Positions 42,510 through 57,162 of a DNA stretch of 64,000 nt are shown piece after piece; the stretch's first letter is position 1, and each line of letters opens with the position of its first letter. The notes beneath the pieces were generated by a model. The model was not told where the DNA came from. It worked only from the letters and a program-made list of their open reading frames with translations, and did not search any database. The DNA lies in NCBI RefSeq assembly GCF_009914755.1, contig NC_060927.1, one strand, 5' to 3'. The translations under genes were made by a program, and so were the position numbers. This stretch comes from the human T2T-CHM13v2.0 reference genome, Homo sapiens.

Positions 42510-44070
42510 TGTACACATAGACTAGTAAAATACAATAGAGAACCCAGATATAAATCCACATATCTACAGTGAACTCATTTTTGACTAAGAGGCCAAGAGA
42601 GTACATTGGATAAAGGATAATCTCTTCAATAAATGGTGCTGGGTAAACTGGATATCCATAAGCAGAAGAATGAAAATAGACCATTATCTCTCACCACATA
42701 CAAAAGTCAAATCAAAAGACTTAAATTTAAGACCTCAAACTATTAAGCTGCTGAGAGAAAACTTCGAGGAATCTCTCCAGCACATTGGACTAGGCCAAGA
42801 TTTCTTGAGTAATACCCCAGAAGTACAAGCAACCAAAGCAAAAAATGGACAAATGGAAACACGTCAAGTGAAAAAACGTCTAAATAACAAAGGAAATAAT
42901 CAACATAGTGAAGAGACAACTCACAGAATGGAATAAAATATTTTAAAATTATCCATATGACCAGGGATTAATAACCTGTGTGTTTAAGGAGCTCGAATAC
43001 TCAATAGGAAATATTTCATAATCTGAATAAAATGAGCAAAAGATCAGAAAAGTTAATTGTTAGAAGAAAACATACAAATGGAAAACAGGTATATGAAAAA
43101 GTTCTTAAAATCAGTTATTATTAGAGAAATGCAAATCAAAATTACCATGAGATTTTATCTCACCCTAGCTAAATTGACTTTTATACAAGGGATAAGCAAT
43201 AATAAAATTTGGGAGGATGTGGAGGAAAGAGAACACTCATAGACTGTTAGTTGGAATGTAAATAAGTACAACCACCATGGAGAACAGTTTGGAGGCTCCA
43301 AAAAAAAAAAAAAAATCTCTACTTGAGGGAAAAATTTAAAAAATTAAATTAAATTAAAACACTGAAAATAGAGCTAACATATAATCCATTAATCTCATTC
43401 TTAGCTATGTACTCAAAAGAAAGGAAACCAGTATATTGCAGAGATATATGTTCTATGTTATTGCTGCACTATTCACAACAGCCAAGATTTGGAAGCAATC
43501 TAAATGTTCATCAGCAGGTGAAAGGATGAAGAAAATGTGGTACATATACACAATGGAGTACTATTCATCCACAAAGCAGAATGAAATCCTGTCATTTGCA
43601 ACAGCATGGATGGAATTGGGGGTCATTATGTTAAGTAAAATAAGCCAGACACAGAATGACAAGTTTTGCATGTTCTAACTTATTTGTGTGTACTAAAAAT
43701 TAAAACAATTGAACTCACAAAGATAGAGAATAGAATGATGGTTACCAGAGCCCGGGAATGGCAGTGGGAGTGGGGGAAAATGAGGATGATTTGTGAGTAC
43801 AAAAATATAGTCAGAAAGAATGAGTAAGACCTAGTATTTGCTAGCATAATAGGGTGAGTATACTTAAAAAACAATTTCATTGTACATTTTAAAATAACTA
43901 CAACATTATAATTGGATTGTTTGTAACACAAAGGATACATTCCTGAAGGGATGGATATTTCATTCTCCATGATGTGCTTATCTCACATTACATGCCTGTA
44001 TCAAAACATCTCATGTATCCCATAAATATATTCATCTACTGTGTACCCATAAAAATTAAAAATCAAAAAC
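42510..44070 (+). mobile_element. L1MA1-3-like 3' portion
   Basis: ORF2 C-terminal remnants (ORF track 42670-42936, 43436-43678); 3' end 'tgtgtacccataaaaattaaaaatcaaaaa'. Confidence 0.9.
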
Positions 44071-45589
44071 ATGTATATAATGCTTTGTAATGTATTTGAT
44101 CATCATATAGGAAATACAGTATTTATTTATATTACTCATATTCAAACCCCTAATTCTCCCATCTCATTTCCCACTGTTCTTTAACACATATTATTTATTT
44201 CAGAAAGGCAGTAGTCTAATTTTGCCTTAATATATCATGCTTATCCTCAACTCAAAATAATTATTTCTGTTCTCACTCAATCTGAAGTGTTTTCACCCTT
44301 TAGCCTTTATATCAACTGATATACATAGCCATCAGCTTCCAATAAAAGGTTTCTGGCTACTGATTTTTTTCTAGACTCAAATGGCTGACATTAGTCTCTT
44401 ATTTCCTGACCTTTATAGTATTCCTTTGAGTTAAGACATACCTACCTAAAATAATGAATATGTCTCTCTAAATTGATTTTAAACACAGTAAGCTCTGCAT
44501 CTAATTTAGAAATGAATATTCTTCAGTGGTTCGAAAGCAGTAGATTATACACATGAGGGGATTCAATAAAGACTGGAGTGAATGGATATGGCATTAAAAC
44601 TTTAGAAGGATATACAAAAGTATCATTTTTTTCTTTGTCATTATGAATACAGAGATGACTTACGTTTTGTACAATTCTAAATGCCCCATTACCATTGGGA
44701 CTAGTACTTTCTAATTCCCATGCATGTGACATTTGATATTTTGACTTCTAAATCGATATAACATTTCACTACACATGGCATCATTAGATTCCTTTTATTT
44801 TAAATAAAAATAATGTTTTATTTTTGAATATAAAAAGGTAGTTTTTCCCTTAACTTACCAAACCACATACTGTTCAAATAATTTTATTTCCAGCTCCTTC
44901 TCCTGGAAATTGAATTAATTGAAGCACTGTTCTTTTTAATGTATGATAGGCTTGAAGGAATGGCTACAACTTTACTGCAGCTGGGGAAAAAATCTGTAAA
45001 TGAATCATTGACAGCTTCCTCAGCCAAATATAGCTGTATGTCTTAAAATTTTAGTGGAGATTAAAATTTTGTCATTTTAGTGCATCACTCAATTTAGCAT
45101 GTAGAATAATGTTCTCTGGTGAATGATGCAGTATAATGATATAAGAACTGGAAATATGTAATGACGAATGCCTAGGACAGAATCTACCCTTATCTGAATT
45201 ACTTTTCTTCCTTATTAAAATGCAAAAGCACTTATAAGCAGAGGCTTCTGGATATTGTTCTGTGCCAACTATAAAATAGCCTCATCTGTAATCAGTGGAT
45301 GATGATGTTTATGATAAAAAGCTAAAGATATGTTTAATAATAGGTGTTTAATAATGCAAATAACTCAATTTACTATTTTGGACTAAAGGTAAACTGATAT
45401 TTCAGTTACATAAATGAATCTAGAAAATAATCTTCAATTATGAAATTAAATCTATTGTACCTTAAATCACTGGCATACCCCCAAATTCTTTTCAATTTTA
45501 AATCTTTTATATGTGATTTTTTTATACACTACATATTACATATCTCTTTTCCTAAATTGAAGGTTCTAATTGCAGGCAAACACTGAAAA

Positions 45590-45715
45590 ATTATATATAT
45601 GTATATATATAATATATATATTAGTATATATATACATAAGTATATATTATGTATATATATGTAAGTATATTATATATATATACACATAAGTATATATTAT
45701 ATATATATACTTATG
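45590..45715. repeat. Degenerate (TA)n low-complexity tract
   Basis: Direct reading. Confidence 0.85.
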
Positions 45716-46740
45716 TATCTGTTAAATTCCTCCTGTGATATCAAACACTGTATATTTCTTGGTTTTTCATCTAATATATGCTCTGAGCTCTTCCTGGTGT
45801 ACACACAACCTTAGTTACAGAATGACAGACAGAAAGGTCATTGTCTGAGTATAATCTTATTATGAAAGAAATATTCATTTAATGTTGATTTGTTTTTACA
45901 AAAGCACAAAATAAATGTTTTTGCCAGCCAACAGAAATGAAGTTTTTGAAGAAGTCTGTATGTGCAGAAGCAACGTTCTTTTTCAACATTTACTTTTACA
46001 AAGCTCTTTATCCCTTTAAGCTCAAATAATTTTTCCATAGGAAATTGTATTGTAATTCTCTGCTGCACTGCTCATCAATTTTTCTCCCACCCTCCCACAT
46101 TCCTCATTTCACTGTTCATAGATTTTCAATCTTTTAACTTGCACTAGTACTCTAGTACTTGAATCAATATGATGTTCAATATCAAAACTGAAGGTGAGTG
46201 TTTCTGTAACATCAAAATGAGACACGTAAATGGCTACTGGGTCCCCATATATCTTTGGTTACCCAAAATTCCGCTTTACAACTTTTGTTGTAGAGAACAA
46301 AGTGTCATTTCCTACTGAAAAGTGATCTCTACCATTTGACATTTAGTTTTGTTACTCTAATGTATTTTCCCTGTGACAAGTGCAAAGGCCCCCAGAGAGA
46401 CTATAATTAAAGTACAATATGACACTGATTATTTCTTTTAGTTTGGGAAGTCATACTATACAATAGTCACTTATGTTGACTACCTATTAATATAATGCAA
46501 GGCATATGCAATCTAAATGCTTGAGTAATATAGGACCTCGTATTGTGACTCATTCAACTGTAAATGAATGCAAACAGATTATCAGAATGGTGCTATATTT
46601 CTACTGGTTTTGAATAGAAATCAAATAATAGTAACATTAGATTTAAAGAAACAGCTAAAATTTAGCCAAGTTTATTGCAAATGCAAGTGCAATTTAGGTG
46701 GGAAAATAGACATGTAAATTTGTGCATAAGAGAACATAAA

Positions 46741-47033
46741 GACTGGAGTAGTGGCTCACACCTATAATCCCAACACTTCAAGAGGCTGTAGCAGGAAGCT
46801 TCTTTGAGCCTAGGAGTTTGAGTCCAGCCTGGACAACATAGTGAGATGCTATTTCTGTAAAAATAATAATAAAAAAATTAGCTGGGCTTGGTGGCACACA
46901 CCTGTGGTCCCAGCTAATTGGGAGGCCGAGGTGGCAGAATTGCTCGAGTTCGAGAGGTCAAGGATCCAGTGAGCTGTTATAGCACAACTGCACACCTGCC
47001 TAAGTGAGAAACTGAGACCCTGTCTAAAAATAA
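46741..47033 (+). mobile_element. AluJ (Jo-like)
   Basis: Diverged dimer 'tttgagcctaggagtttgag...gaggtcaaggatccagtgagctgttat'. Confidence 0.92.
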
Positions 47034-47175
47034 CAGAGATTATAAAGCTTCTAATATTTAAATTGAGGAAATATTTAATATTTAAAGGTGGTATGGAAAG
47101 ATGTACAAGAAGATAGCACTGTTTTCCATTGCCTCTGAGTCTGAGCTTTTATGAGAAATAGATATTGGACAGTAA

Positions 47176-47179
<4 letters not shown>

Positions 47180-47215
<36 letters not shown>
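47180..47215. repeat. (TG)n microsatellite
   Basis: Direct reading. Confidence 0.97.
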
Positions 47216-47216
<1 letters not shown>

Positions 47217-49490
47217 CATGAGACATACTTTCATTCATTATTTTCTATTTCAAAAATAACACCTTGTTCATTATAATATTTGGAGATCTTATTGTGGAGA
47301 AGGGAAGAATACTGGAAAATATAGAATATTCTGTCTTTTTATACATCTAAGTGAAAGAGTTTTTAAAAGATATTATAATTCAGAGGAATTCATAGAAAAA
47401 AATCTTATAAATGAGATCACATCACAAGAAAATGGTTGGTGATGAAGAGATATTAGAAAACTCGAAAAGCTGCAGCTGGTAACTCTCTAGAACATTGCTA
47501 TAAACTCTCATTAACCCAACTTGATGACAATTGTTTACACTTTCTACAGCTGTTTGGATTGCCAGAGCAGCTGTTACCTGCAAAAGATGATTTGGAGATT
47601 AGTCTCCTGTAGACTATCCAAAGGCTGTCTTAAAGAGTGAGATATAGAGGATGAATAATACAAGAGAAATAGAACAGATACTGTGTTAGGTCAGAGGTGT
47701 CAGCTAAAGAAACACTGGTATTTCATGAAGGTTAGAGTTTTGATTTGACAAACTTGTCTCCCTCCAGCTACTAAAGTGATTTCTATAATTCATTTCTCAC
47801 TTCATTTAAAGGAATAATTTTGGCAAATTTATAATTAACTGATTTGGTATTCTTATGCAGATAAGTTGTCTCAATTATTTAATATTTGTCTTGATAACTC
47901 TTAAAAGTTAACATTAATTTTTGTTTTCAGTTTTTGTTAAAGAAATTAAAGAAACTTTACAAAATTATTTTTATCTATGACTTTGAAAGTATTTGTCCTT
48001 TATTTAGTTAATTTTTAAACCTTTACAATTGTGTAGATGTTCACAGTCTGCTGAAAATTTATTGATAATAGTCCACCTGTCACAGAATTCTGTTTTAAAG
48101 AGGCTGTAATGCCTAATTGTAAATGACAACAGTATTTCTTTTTCTTATTTAAAATCTGCTAGATATAAAATTTTTTGAATGGTACTAATGAAATTCAAAA
48201 CTCTGCGTCAAACCTAGAAAATGTTGTTATTTTCTGTGCCTTGTAGTTTTATGTGAATCATATCTCTTTATGCCTTTTCCTTCCATTTTATTATTTTTAT
48301 TATAAATTGTAATAAAGTGTGTTAATTCATGCAAGAACATTACTTCTGATTACTCTTATAATGTAAGTTAAGCGTGTTAGGGTATTTTAAGGAAGTTTTT
48401 TTAATAGACTTGTTCCCTTGCTGATGGCTTCTTCAGTTTTGTACATAAAGCATGGTATGTCATGACAATGAAAAGGTACTTTTTCTACAATATAGAGACA
48501 GCAATTTGTAAAGTTTGAAATGAAATTTGTCGGCGTTATTGTTTTCTGTTTATTAAGATATAGTGTGGGGTTAACTACATTTATCTTAACAATCACACAG
48601 TAATTTTATTTTGGTCATTTTTGCACTGAAACATCTAAAATATTTGTTATACTTTTACAGCTTGCAGCTATGTTTTTTTCATAGTGTATAGCCATATGTT
48701 TTAAGCTAAACATCCAAGAATAGTGACATAACATATTCCTTTGAATATATGTTCTTGTTATAGGGGATCTGTGTATCTATATGTGGTATATATTGAAAAA
48801 ATTAGACATAATTGGTTTCAACAAAGACATATTTTGAAATATAGTTAGGAAAATTTGTTTTTCAAAAAACAACATTGATGACTTCAATTCTATAAAAAAT
48901 CACTTTTAGACATAGTTAAGCAGTGTCTTCAGTGTTTGTATTTGGTTAAAGCTTAAATTGGAATTTATATTATACTTCATTGTAAAATATATAAAGCCTG
49001 TTAATTGAAAATAATAAAGCATTAATAATTTATTTAGCATTTCTAAAATAACTAGCTTTGTCTATGGAAGGACTCCAGAGAGGAATACAGAATAGACATA
49101 GCCTAAGAGATTTATGTTGTCTATATATTTGACTTGAATTTTTAGATGTTTTTACTTTATTATAGTTTTTTGCTGACTTGCGTGTCCTTCAGGGAAAATA
49201 ATCTTTTTCACTGAATTCTAAGTTTAAATGAAAAGTTTTAAAAGGCAAGTAACTCTAATCTTTCCTCTTCATTTAAAATCTGTCAAGTTTACTATGTTTT
49301 GTTTATTCTACCAAAAGCTTTAGAGGTAATAATTTTTTAATTTTCATAAAAACCCTAAAATATAGTTATTAATTTTTTTGGTTATTTGAAATTATATGTT
49401 TGCAGTAAATTTGCATATGTGTAAAAGCAAATACAAAATATACAATTTAGTGAATTTAGACAAATAAAATTAATCTTCTTAAGATACACA

Positions 49491-49521
<31 letters not shown>

Positions 49522-50405
49522 TTTTCTTCCTCTCTCAGAAATATTTTTTAAGTTTCTTCGTAGTAAAGTCCTCTACCAGAAACAACCACAACTCTGATTT
49601 AGTTTTTATCATAGACTAATTTTTTTCATTTTAGATCTGAATAAAGATACAATCATATCCTGTCATGTGCATAATGTTTATGAGATTCATTCATGAGGTT
49701 GTGTATCAGTATTTTTTAAGTACTCAGTAGTATTCTATTGCCTGGATATAATAAATATTGTTTATGCATTTGCCCTATTGATAGATATTTGAGTTATTTC
49801 CAGTTATGAACATATGACTATTTCTATACACATCATTTTGTCTATATAGGTATTTATTTTTCTTGGATATCCAGAAGTAGAATTGCTGAGTCAAAGAGTA
49901 GGTGCAAGCTTAACTTTATAAGAAACTGCCAAAAGATTCTCTAAAGTGGTTATAGAGTTTAAACTTTCAATCAGCAATGTGTAAGGATTATGGTTATTCT
50001 ACATCCTTAATATTTTTATTTATAATCATTTTAATTTGAGTCATTCTACTAGTAGTGTATAATATCTCATTATAATTTTATATTTGCATTTTCCTGATGA
50101 CTAATAATGATAAAAAGCACTTTTTAATTGATTATCGGACTTATTTGTATTATCGTTTGTGAAATGTCAAGCTTTTTGTACAACTATTTCCTTTTTAAAA
50201 TTTATGTGTAGGATTTTTTTATACATTCCTCATACTAGTTCTTTATCAGATATATTTTTATATTTTTATCCATTTTCTCAGTGATGTCCTTCAATGAAGA
50301 TTTAATTTCAATAAGTTTAATTCTTTTTTTATGATAATTGCTTTATGTGTCCTGTCTAATAAATTCTTACTCACTATTTGCGTCCCCTCAAAACTCATAC
50401 ATTTA

Positions 50406-50693
50406 GGCTGGGCTTCGTGGCTCATGCCTGTAATCCTAGCACTTTGGGAGGCCAAAGTGGGCAGATCACTTGAGGTTAGAAGTTTGAGACTTGTGTGGCC
50501 AACATGACAAAACCTGACTCTACTAAATATAATTAAAAAATTAGCCGGGTGTGGTGGCAGGCACCTGTAATCCCAGCTACTAGGAAGGCTGAGGCCTCCT
50601 GGGAGGCAGAAGTTGCAGTGAACCGAGATCGTGCCACTGCACTCCAGCCTGTGTGACAGAGCAAGACTCCATCTAAAAACAAAACAAAACAAC

Positions 50694-50757
<64 letters not shown>

Positions 50758-50790
50758 AAAGAAAGAAGCAGAAAGAAAGAAGGAAAGACC
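50406..50790 (+). mobile_element. AluS with ~16-nt internal deletion and (AAAAC)n/(GAAA)n tail
   Basis: Dimeric Alu; 'gctgaggcctcctgggagg' lacks 'aggagaatcgcttgaa'; GAAA repeat ~50694-50787. Confidence 0.94.
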
Positions 50791-50811
50791 CTCCTCATAT
50801 ATTTAAATCTT

Positions 50812-52992
<2,181 letters not shown>

Positions 52993-54983
52993 TGACTGAA
53001 TTAGGAAGTAGCTTTTTTGGGAGGTAATTACATCATGAAGCTGGAACGCTCATGAATGGTATTAAGTGGCCTTATGAAAAGATACTCAGAGAGCTCTTTC
53101 ATTGTCTTTCTACCACATGAAGATACAAGGAGAAGATGGCAGTCTGCACCTTGGAAGAGGGCGCTCACCCAAACCCTACCATGCTGGCACCCTTACCTAG
53201 GGCTTCTTGCCTCTAGATTTATAAGAAATAAATTTCTGTTGTTTATAAGCCACCTAGTCTATGCCTTGTTATAGCAGCCTGAGCTTACTAAGGCACCTGC
53301 TTGGTCACGAAGACATTTGTATTTTGAAAGGTTTATAATTTAACCATTAGGGTTAGATCCATATTCCATCCATTTGAATCAGTTTCTGAAACTAATAAGG
53401 CTCTTTTTACCTGTAATAATGTACAGTGGTTTTCAGTCCCATTTGTAGAAAGTCTTTCAATTTTCTATGGAACTGTTTTAACACTGTCTTTATAAATGAC
53501 ACATGTACATGTCCCTAATTCTATTTTTAAAATTCTATTCTATTGTTCTATTTTTCTATCTTTATGACAATACCACAGTCTTCATTATAGTAGTTTTTTT
53601 TAAAATAAGTTTTCAAGTCATGTAATATAAATTCTCTAATCTTTTTCTTTTCAAAAATAGTTTTGGCTAAAATAGGATTTTTTTTCTACTCCTTATAAAT
53701 TTTAGGATCCATTTGTCAGTATCTACTTTTAAAATCTCCTGAAATTATTATTGAAATTTTATTGGATCTGTGCATCAATTTAGAGAGAGCAACATTTTAA
53801 CAACGTAATATTCTTCAACTGACTTAATAAATTGGTCTTCTTTAACTTATCAATGTTTTATAGTTTTCACAGTAGAAGTTTTATGCATTGTTATAATTAT
53901 GTCATTGTTATGATGTCCTCAGTATTTTATATTTTAATGCTATTATACATAGATTTAAAAATATTTCAGTTGTTTGCTAATATATAAAAATATGTTCTAT
54001 TTGTTTATATTGATCTTGCAACTCATAATCTTGTTTAAAATCACATTAAATCTAATACTTTTAAAAAATGCTTTACATTTTTATGTAAACAATCATGTCA
54101 TTTGAAAATAGAGACAGTTTCACTTCTTCCTTTCTTATCTTTCCATGTATATTTAAAATTATTTTTTTGAATTACTCTTAAGGCTAATACTCCAGGAAAA
54201 TGTGAAAGAGAAGTGGTGAAAGTATATATGCTTGCCTTATATCTAATAGTAAGGAGAAAGTGCTTAGGATATAGCCATTAAATACCACAGTAGTAAAACT
54301 TTTCCATAGCTTTTCCTTACCAGATTGAGGAAGTTCTCTACTTCTAGTTTACTGAGATTTATTATCAAGAATAGATATTGAATTACAAAAACTTTGTATT
54401 TATTGGGATAATCATAGATTTTAAAACTCTGTTAGCTTGATTTTTTTTTCATTTTTTAAAGTTTTATTGAATATAATTCATGTACTGTAGAGTTTACTCA
54501 TTTAGGGTATACAATTCAATGGTTCTTTGTATATTCATAGATAAGTGCAACTATCACTACAGTCAATTTTAAAATATTTTCATCACCTCAAATGAAACCT
54601 TATATCCTTTAACTATCAACCCCACTTCCAGTATCGTAATCCTTGTCCTCACATTCAACCTTAAACAACTACTAATCTACTGTTTCTATATATTTTCATA
54701 TTCTGGGTTTTCATATAAATGGAATTATATAATATGTGGTTTCTTTGGTAACTGTACCAATTTTGTTAATCTATTCATTTTCTAGTAGTCATTTGGATTG
54801 TTTCTAACATATGGCTAGTATGAGTAACATTGCTACAAACATTCATATACAACTTTCTATGTGAACACATATTTACATTGCAGTTGGGTGCATATGTAGA
54901 GAGTAAAAATATTGAGTCATACAGTATCTCTAAGTTTATTCATTTAAGAAACTGACATCCTGTTTGCCTAGGTAACTCCTGCC

Positions 54984-55021
54984 CATAGGGGCATGAGTTA
55001 GCAGTTCTTACACACTTTCTT
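54984..55021 (-). pseudogene. MT-TS2: mt-tRNA-Ser(AGY) pseudogene, 5' part only
   Basis: 'aagaaagtgtgtaagaactgctaactcatgcccctatg' with GCT anticodon. Confidence 0.85.
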
Positions 55022-55090
55022 GGTAGATAAGAAGTTGCGGGTTTCTATTATTAGATCCACAATCTAATGTTTTTGTTAAACTATAGCTAT
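55022..55090 (-). pseudogene. MT-TH: mt-tRNA-His pseudogene
   Basis: 'tatagtttaacaaaaacattagattgtggatctaa...cttatctacc', GTG anticodon, 69 nt. Confidence 0.9.
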
Positions 55091-55258
55091 AGCATGCAAA
55101 CCCCATAATAATTTTAGGGTTTAAGGATAATAGGAAGATAGGTGCAAAATGTATAAGTATTAATGTATCTTCTCGTGTAAAAGAAGGTTTAATATTATTA
55201 ATGTAATATACAAGTGTTCCTCGTTGTGTTGTGATTAGCAAATATAGGGAGTAAAGGG
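55091..55258 (-). pseudogene. MT-ND4: ND4 3' fragment (NUMT)
   Basis: Translates to TTQRG...[11 protein letters not shown]...LLSLNPKII. Confidence 0.93.
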
Positions 55259-55268
55259 TTTATCTTCT

Positions 55269-55494
55269 GGATCAGAAGAGAAGATTAATGAGAAGTTAGG
55301 TGAGTTATCATTGAATTGGTTAAAAAATAGTAGGGTAATGAGGCTGATGAGTAGGCTGTAGTTAGTCATGTGGATTCAGATTATATAATTTTTAGAGAAT
55401 CATGTCATTGGTAATAGTATAATTGTTGGAATAATTTATGTATATATATTTATTATACTTTAATTTCTAGGGTACATATAATAATTTTTAGCAT
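55269..55494 (-). pseudogene. MT-ND4: ND4 5' fragment (~60 codons, NUMT) with tiny L1 insertion
   Basis: atgctaaaaatt...ccaacaattatactattacca...ttctcttctgatcc. Confidence 0.9.
55438..55477 (-). mobile_element. ~30-bp L1PA 3' terminal stub plus degenerate tail inside the NUMT
   Basis: 'atgtaccctagaaattaaagtataataaa' differs by 1 nt from the L1PA end; flanked by ataattt repeats. Confidence 0.8.
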
Positions 55495-55785
55495 AGAAAT
55501 AAATTTAGATTTTGTACATAATCTAGGCCATATGTGTTGGAGATTAAAACTAGTAAGGCAAGGCCCACTGTGGCTTTGCAGGCAGCAAATACTAGAAGGA
55601 TGATGGGTATTATGGATACTAGAGCAAAATATATGTTTAAAGTTTTAAGGGTATTTTATGCTGAATATTGATAGTATTATGGCTTCTAGGCATAATAGGG
55701 ATGATATTAGGTGGGATCAGTAGGCTAATATTCCCAGCAGTGATATGGTGTATGCTAATATAATATTGATGTAAATAGAGGGCAT
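55488..55785 (-). pseudogene. MT-ND4L: ND4L pseudogene (NUMT)
   Basis: atgccctctatttacatcaat... to ...atgctaa with the 7-nt ND4 overlap; 298 nt (frameshifted). Confidence 0.92.
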
Positions 55786-55852
55786 TTGGTAAATGTGGTC
55801 TATCATAATCTAATGAGTTGAAATCATTTATTTTGACTTAAATGATTTACCA
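55786..55852 (-). pseudogene. MT-TR: mt-tRNA-Arg pseudogene
   Basis: 'tggtaaat...aatgatttcaactcattagattatgata...tttaccaa'; anticodon TCG decayed to TCA. Confidence 0.9.
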
Positions 55853-56198
55853 GTTCAACTCAATCTACTCCTTTTTTGGGCTCATTGATAAGTCAAGCCT
55901 AGGATTAAAATGGTAACTAGTATAAGGGCTATGTTGATTATTAGTGTCAAGTTGTTTGTTTGAAGGGCTCATGGCAGGGTAGTAGTAGGGCGATTTCCAA
56001 GTTGAAGAGGAGAAATGTGATGGCTACTGGGAAGAATTTTATCAAAAAGGGGAGGTGGGGGGAGGTTATTTGGTCAAATCCGCATTCGTAGGGGCTGGAT
56101 TTTTCTATATAAATATTAAGTTGTGGGAGTCAAAATGTAATTATTGTTAGTAATAAGACCAGTAAGGTATTGGTTACTAGGGCTAGTGTCAGGTTAAT
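55853..56198 (-). pseudogene. MT-ND3: ND3 pseudogene (NUMT)
   Basis: 346 nt; 'aaatccagcccctacgaatgcggatttgacc' ([10 protein letters not shown]). Confidence 0.93.
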
Positions 56199-56266
56199 TA
56201 CTCTCTTTCAGATATTAGCAAAACTAATTGATTGGAAGTCAATGGTACTGTTTATACTAAAAGAGT
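56199..56266 (-). pseudogene. MT-TG: mt-tRNA-Gly pseudogene
   Basis: 'actcttttagtataaacagtaccattgacttccaatcaa...gagagta', TCC anticodon. Confidence 0.92.
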
Positions 56267-57047
56267 AGGCTCCTCATCAATAGACAGAGACGTATAAGAA
56301 TAGTCATGCTACATCAACAAAGTGTCAATATCGGGAGGTGGCTTCAAAGCCAAAGTGGTGGTTGGATGTAAAATGGAATTTTAGTTGGCGGAGGTGGCAG
56401 ACAGTGAGAAATGTTGATCCAATAATAACGTGAAGTCCATGAAAGCCTGTGGCTATGAAGAATGTTGAGCCATAGATTCCATCAGAGGTAGTAAAGGGGG
56501 CCTGGAAGCATTCTGAGATTTGTAGGAGGGTGAAGTAAATACCTAAGGTAATTGTGTTGGATACTGCTTGAATTATCTGCTTTTGACTACCTTCTGTGGT
56601 GTGGTGAATCCAAATAATTGAAGCTCCTGATGCAAGTAATACAGATGTATTCAGGAGAGATACTTCTAAGGGGTTAAGGGGAAAAATGCCTGTTGGGGGT
56701 CAATGTCCCCCTAATTCTAGAGTTGGGGTTAGACTAGAGTGGTAGAATTCACAGAAGAAACCAGCAAAGAATAATACTCCTGAGATAACAAACAGAATTA
56801 TTCCATATCAGAGGCCTTTCTGGACAATTGTTGTATGGTGGCCTTGAAATGTACTTTCTCGGATAATGTCACATCATTATTGGTATATAGTCAGTGTGTT
56901 GGTTAGTAGGCCTAGGGTGAAAAGAGTAATAGAGTTAAAGTGAAATCACATGGCCAGGTCAGATATTATTAGGAGGGCTGAGAGGGCTCCTGTTAGTGCT
57001 CAGGGGCTGGGTTTGACTACATGGTAGGCATGTGTTTGGTGGGTCAT
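56267..57047 (-). pseudogene. MT-CO3: COX3 pseudogene (NUMT)
   Basis: atgacccaccaaacacatgcctaccat...; 'gccacaggctttcatggacttcacgtt' (ATGFHGLHV); 781 nt. Confidence 0.95.
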
Positions 57048-57162
57048 TATGTATTATCATACAGATAAAGGCTTACTAGTAGTGTGAAGACATAAGCCTC
57101 AATAAGGGCTATGGAGAATTCAAGAATGGTCAGTAGGATAAGAATAATGAGAGCGACTGAAG
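57047..57162 (-). pseudogene. MT-ATP6: ATP6 3' fragment (NUMT)
   Basis: 'ctactgaccattcttgaa...gcttatgtcttcacactactagtaagccttt...aatacataa'. Confidence 0.9.

Noticed and set aside
43299-43360. Poly-A plus ~45-nt insert within L1MA
   Set aside because: Too short and AT-rich to assign a source or mechanism
45590-45715. Apparent palindromic AT-rich structure
   Set aside because: Self-complementarity is expected from degenerate (TA)n
55008-55241. 77-aa ORF resembling the ND4 C-terminus
   Set aside because: NUMT fragment reading through into tRNA-His under the nuclear code; no promoter or exon evidence
55022-56266. Functional tRNA genes
   Set aside because: Mitochondrial-type tRNAs within a NUMT; decayed stems or anticodon and no Pol III context
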